NCBI GenBank assembly: GCA_964016885.1
Contig: OZ024745.1
Coordinates: forward strand, 83,204,001 to 83,268,000
Reading direction: 5' to 3'
Length of the DNA: 64,000 bases
Origin: Eledone cirrhosa
Lineage: Eukaryota
The position numbers and the translations under genes are program-made. Positions 62,035-64,000 of this stretch are shown in pieces. Under the pieces are notes generated by a model. It had not been told where the DNA came from, did no database searches, and was given only the letters and a program-made list of their open reading frames with translations. Every line of letters starts with the position of its first letter. Position 1 is the first letter of the stretch.

Positions 62035-64000
62035 GAAGACCGGATTAGCGAATTAGTTAAGGGTGCGTTGACGGGGCCATCGTCAACAACAGGTGGTGCT
62101 TTACCCTGAAAAGGGCTATTAGTGTAGAATCAATAAGGTTTAGCAAAGGAGTAGTGATAGAGGATAATAGAGTAGAGGAAGAGTTTGTTAGAAAGCTAGA
62201 AGAGGCGTTTGGGACAGGCATCGCAACCGACGTGCTTGCGGCGAGATTGGCACTCGACCAATTCTTCAACGCAAAGCATGAAGGCTGCGTTGTCAGATCT
62301 AGAACGCGTGCTCTAAGACACGAGGACGAAAGCCGTTCAATGGGCCCGAGTGGTGGAGGCGCGACGTGGCAACAAGTCCATAATTCGGTCTTTGCCTGAT
62401 CAAAACGGGCGCATGCTGCTCGAAAGCGAGCAGATGTGTGCGGCTTTTCAACAGCACTTTGCTCAATTATTAGGGAGCGGTGGCGGGACGGATTGGAGTA
62501 TGTACTTCGTTGCATACTTCGACGAACTGCCGAGGCTCACGACGACCGCACCGCAGTGTTGCGAAAAGCCGATAACAGCAGGTGAAATACGGGGTGTGGT
62601 GTCTGACTGCATGAGCGGTAAATCGCCAGGTTTGGATGGTCTGCCCTACGAGCTTTATGCTTATATGCCAGACTTGTTCGGCGACCTCTTGGCAGATAGC
62701 TACTGTAACTGGGAGCAGAACGGGAGCATTCCCAGTTTTGTGAGCCGGGGAGTGGAGGCGCTGCTGAGAAAAGACCCGAACAGAGGGACGTTATAGACAA
62801 TTTCAGGCCCATAACTCTGCTAAACGACGAGTTTAAGATTTTGGTCAAGGTGTCGAGCACCAAACTCGTCCAGATGCTCGGCACAACTCTTAAGGAATAC
62901 GAAGCGGTGACAGGAGCAAAGATAAACCAGGAAAGGTTGGTGGGCTTGCAACTGGGCTCCTGGAGAGGCAAGACCATGCCGTCCGACAGTGTCGTGGGGC
63001 GCTGGACGGAAGGACCAGTTAAGTTCCTCGAGATCTGGTTCGTTCCGGACCTCCAGATGGAGAATAACTGGAGCGATGTGACGAGCAGGCTGGCCTCTCT
63101 CACACAGAAATGGGCCAAGAGGAGGCTGTCTCTGAAAGGTCGGGTGGAGGTGGTGAATGCGTACATAGCGTCCGTCATCTGCTACCGCCTGACCGTCGTA
63201 CCTTGCCCCCGCCCAATTCTGACCAAAATGGAGCGCCTTCTCTTCTGCTTTTTTGTCGAAGGGACATGCTACCATGGTCAGACGATCCATTTTCTGTCAG
63301 CACCCGTTGCGTGTAGGACTATGTATGCCGTGGTTGATGATGCGCAAACATACGCTGAGGCTGCGACATCACTGGTGCTTCCTTGACGGTGAACACTTGT
63401 GGTCGCCGTTTGTCAGACGCACTTTTCCCCAGCTCGTCTCCTTGGCGGAGCTGCAGTCCTGGATCAGGAAAAGACCGAGGGATAGCGCTTGGAAGCTGGA
63501 ATGTCTCCAAGCGTTCACCGCGCTCTACCGGCTGGGCAATAGTATCGGTGGAACATCCACCTCGGCGTTCTATAGAGGGCTAGTGGAAGGAAAGAGCGAC
63601 GATGTCCTCGGGGAGACTCTGGGCGTCGAAGACAATCAGCTGTACGCTCTCTTCAAGGGGACTTTCAGACCGGGACCTATGGACAACTTCCAGGAATCTC
63701 TGGCCTGGAAGTGCTACCGAGGAGCGTTGCCGGTTCGGAATAAGCTCTACAGGCACGGAGATGCTGTCAGCTGAGCTTGTCCGAGATGCGCTCAGGGCGA
63801 CGAAACCGTTCAGTGCCCGAGGATTGCTAACTTGTGGAGCTATGTCGAACAGCTGCTGTCGCGCGTAGGACGGATCCGGTTATCGACTGAGTCCATTGTG
63901 CAGATAGACCCGCCATCCTCCTTTAAAGAGGAGGAAGGGCAGGCGGTTTTCATCTGCCTGGTGTCCATGGCGAAAAAGATTGTTTGGTGGACAAGATTGA
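62035..64000 (+). mobile_element. Second Tx1-type LINE ORF2 copy, 5'-truncated, RT core deleted at ~62850, running off the window
   Basis: Clear homology to 7050-9420 (FFNAKHEGCVVRSR, KSPGLDGLPYE, KWA.R.LSLKGR.EV.N). Confidence 0.9.

Noticed and set aside
1-64000. CRISPR array or prokaryotic operon/defence system
   Set aside because: No regularly spaced repeat-spacer array or gene-dense organisation; the sequence is eukaryotic repeat DNA

Overview
This is repeat-dense eukaryotic non-coding DNA. The tRNA-derived SINE family, the retroelements and the abundant TA/CA/GA/TTA microsatellites suggest an octopus-like cephalopod, which is an inference. No host protein-coding gene is recognisable; there is only one candidate 15-nt microexon. 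Main contents: (1) Two families (A and B) of R4/Dong-type non-LTR retrotransposons (RT plus restriction-like endonuclease), all on the minus strand and mostly bounded by (TTA)n. They form a ~25-kb stack (22-47.4 kb) that includes an A/B chimera and an ~8.65-kb tandem duplication whose crossover maps inside a family-A copy. (2) A full-length but decayed L1/Tx1-type LINE (4.0-9.9 kb) plus two deleted relatives. (3) Penelope-like (PLE) remnants and fold-back elements in (TA)n carrying minimal type-I hammerhead ribozyme motifs. One is a 592-bp circularly permuted, retrozyme-like unit that starts exactly at its predicted hammerhead cleavage site. (4) A CRE-like 3' fragment, many SINE copies and a 200-N assembly gap. 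All alignments and folds were made by eye, and boundaries are approximate.
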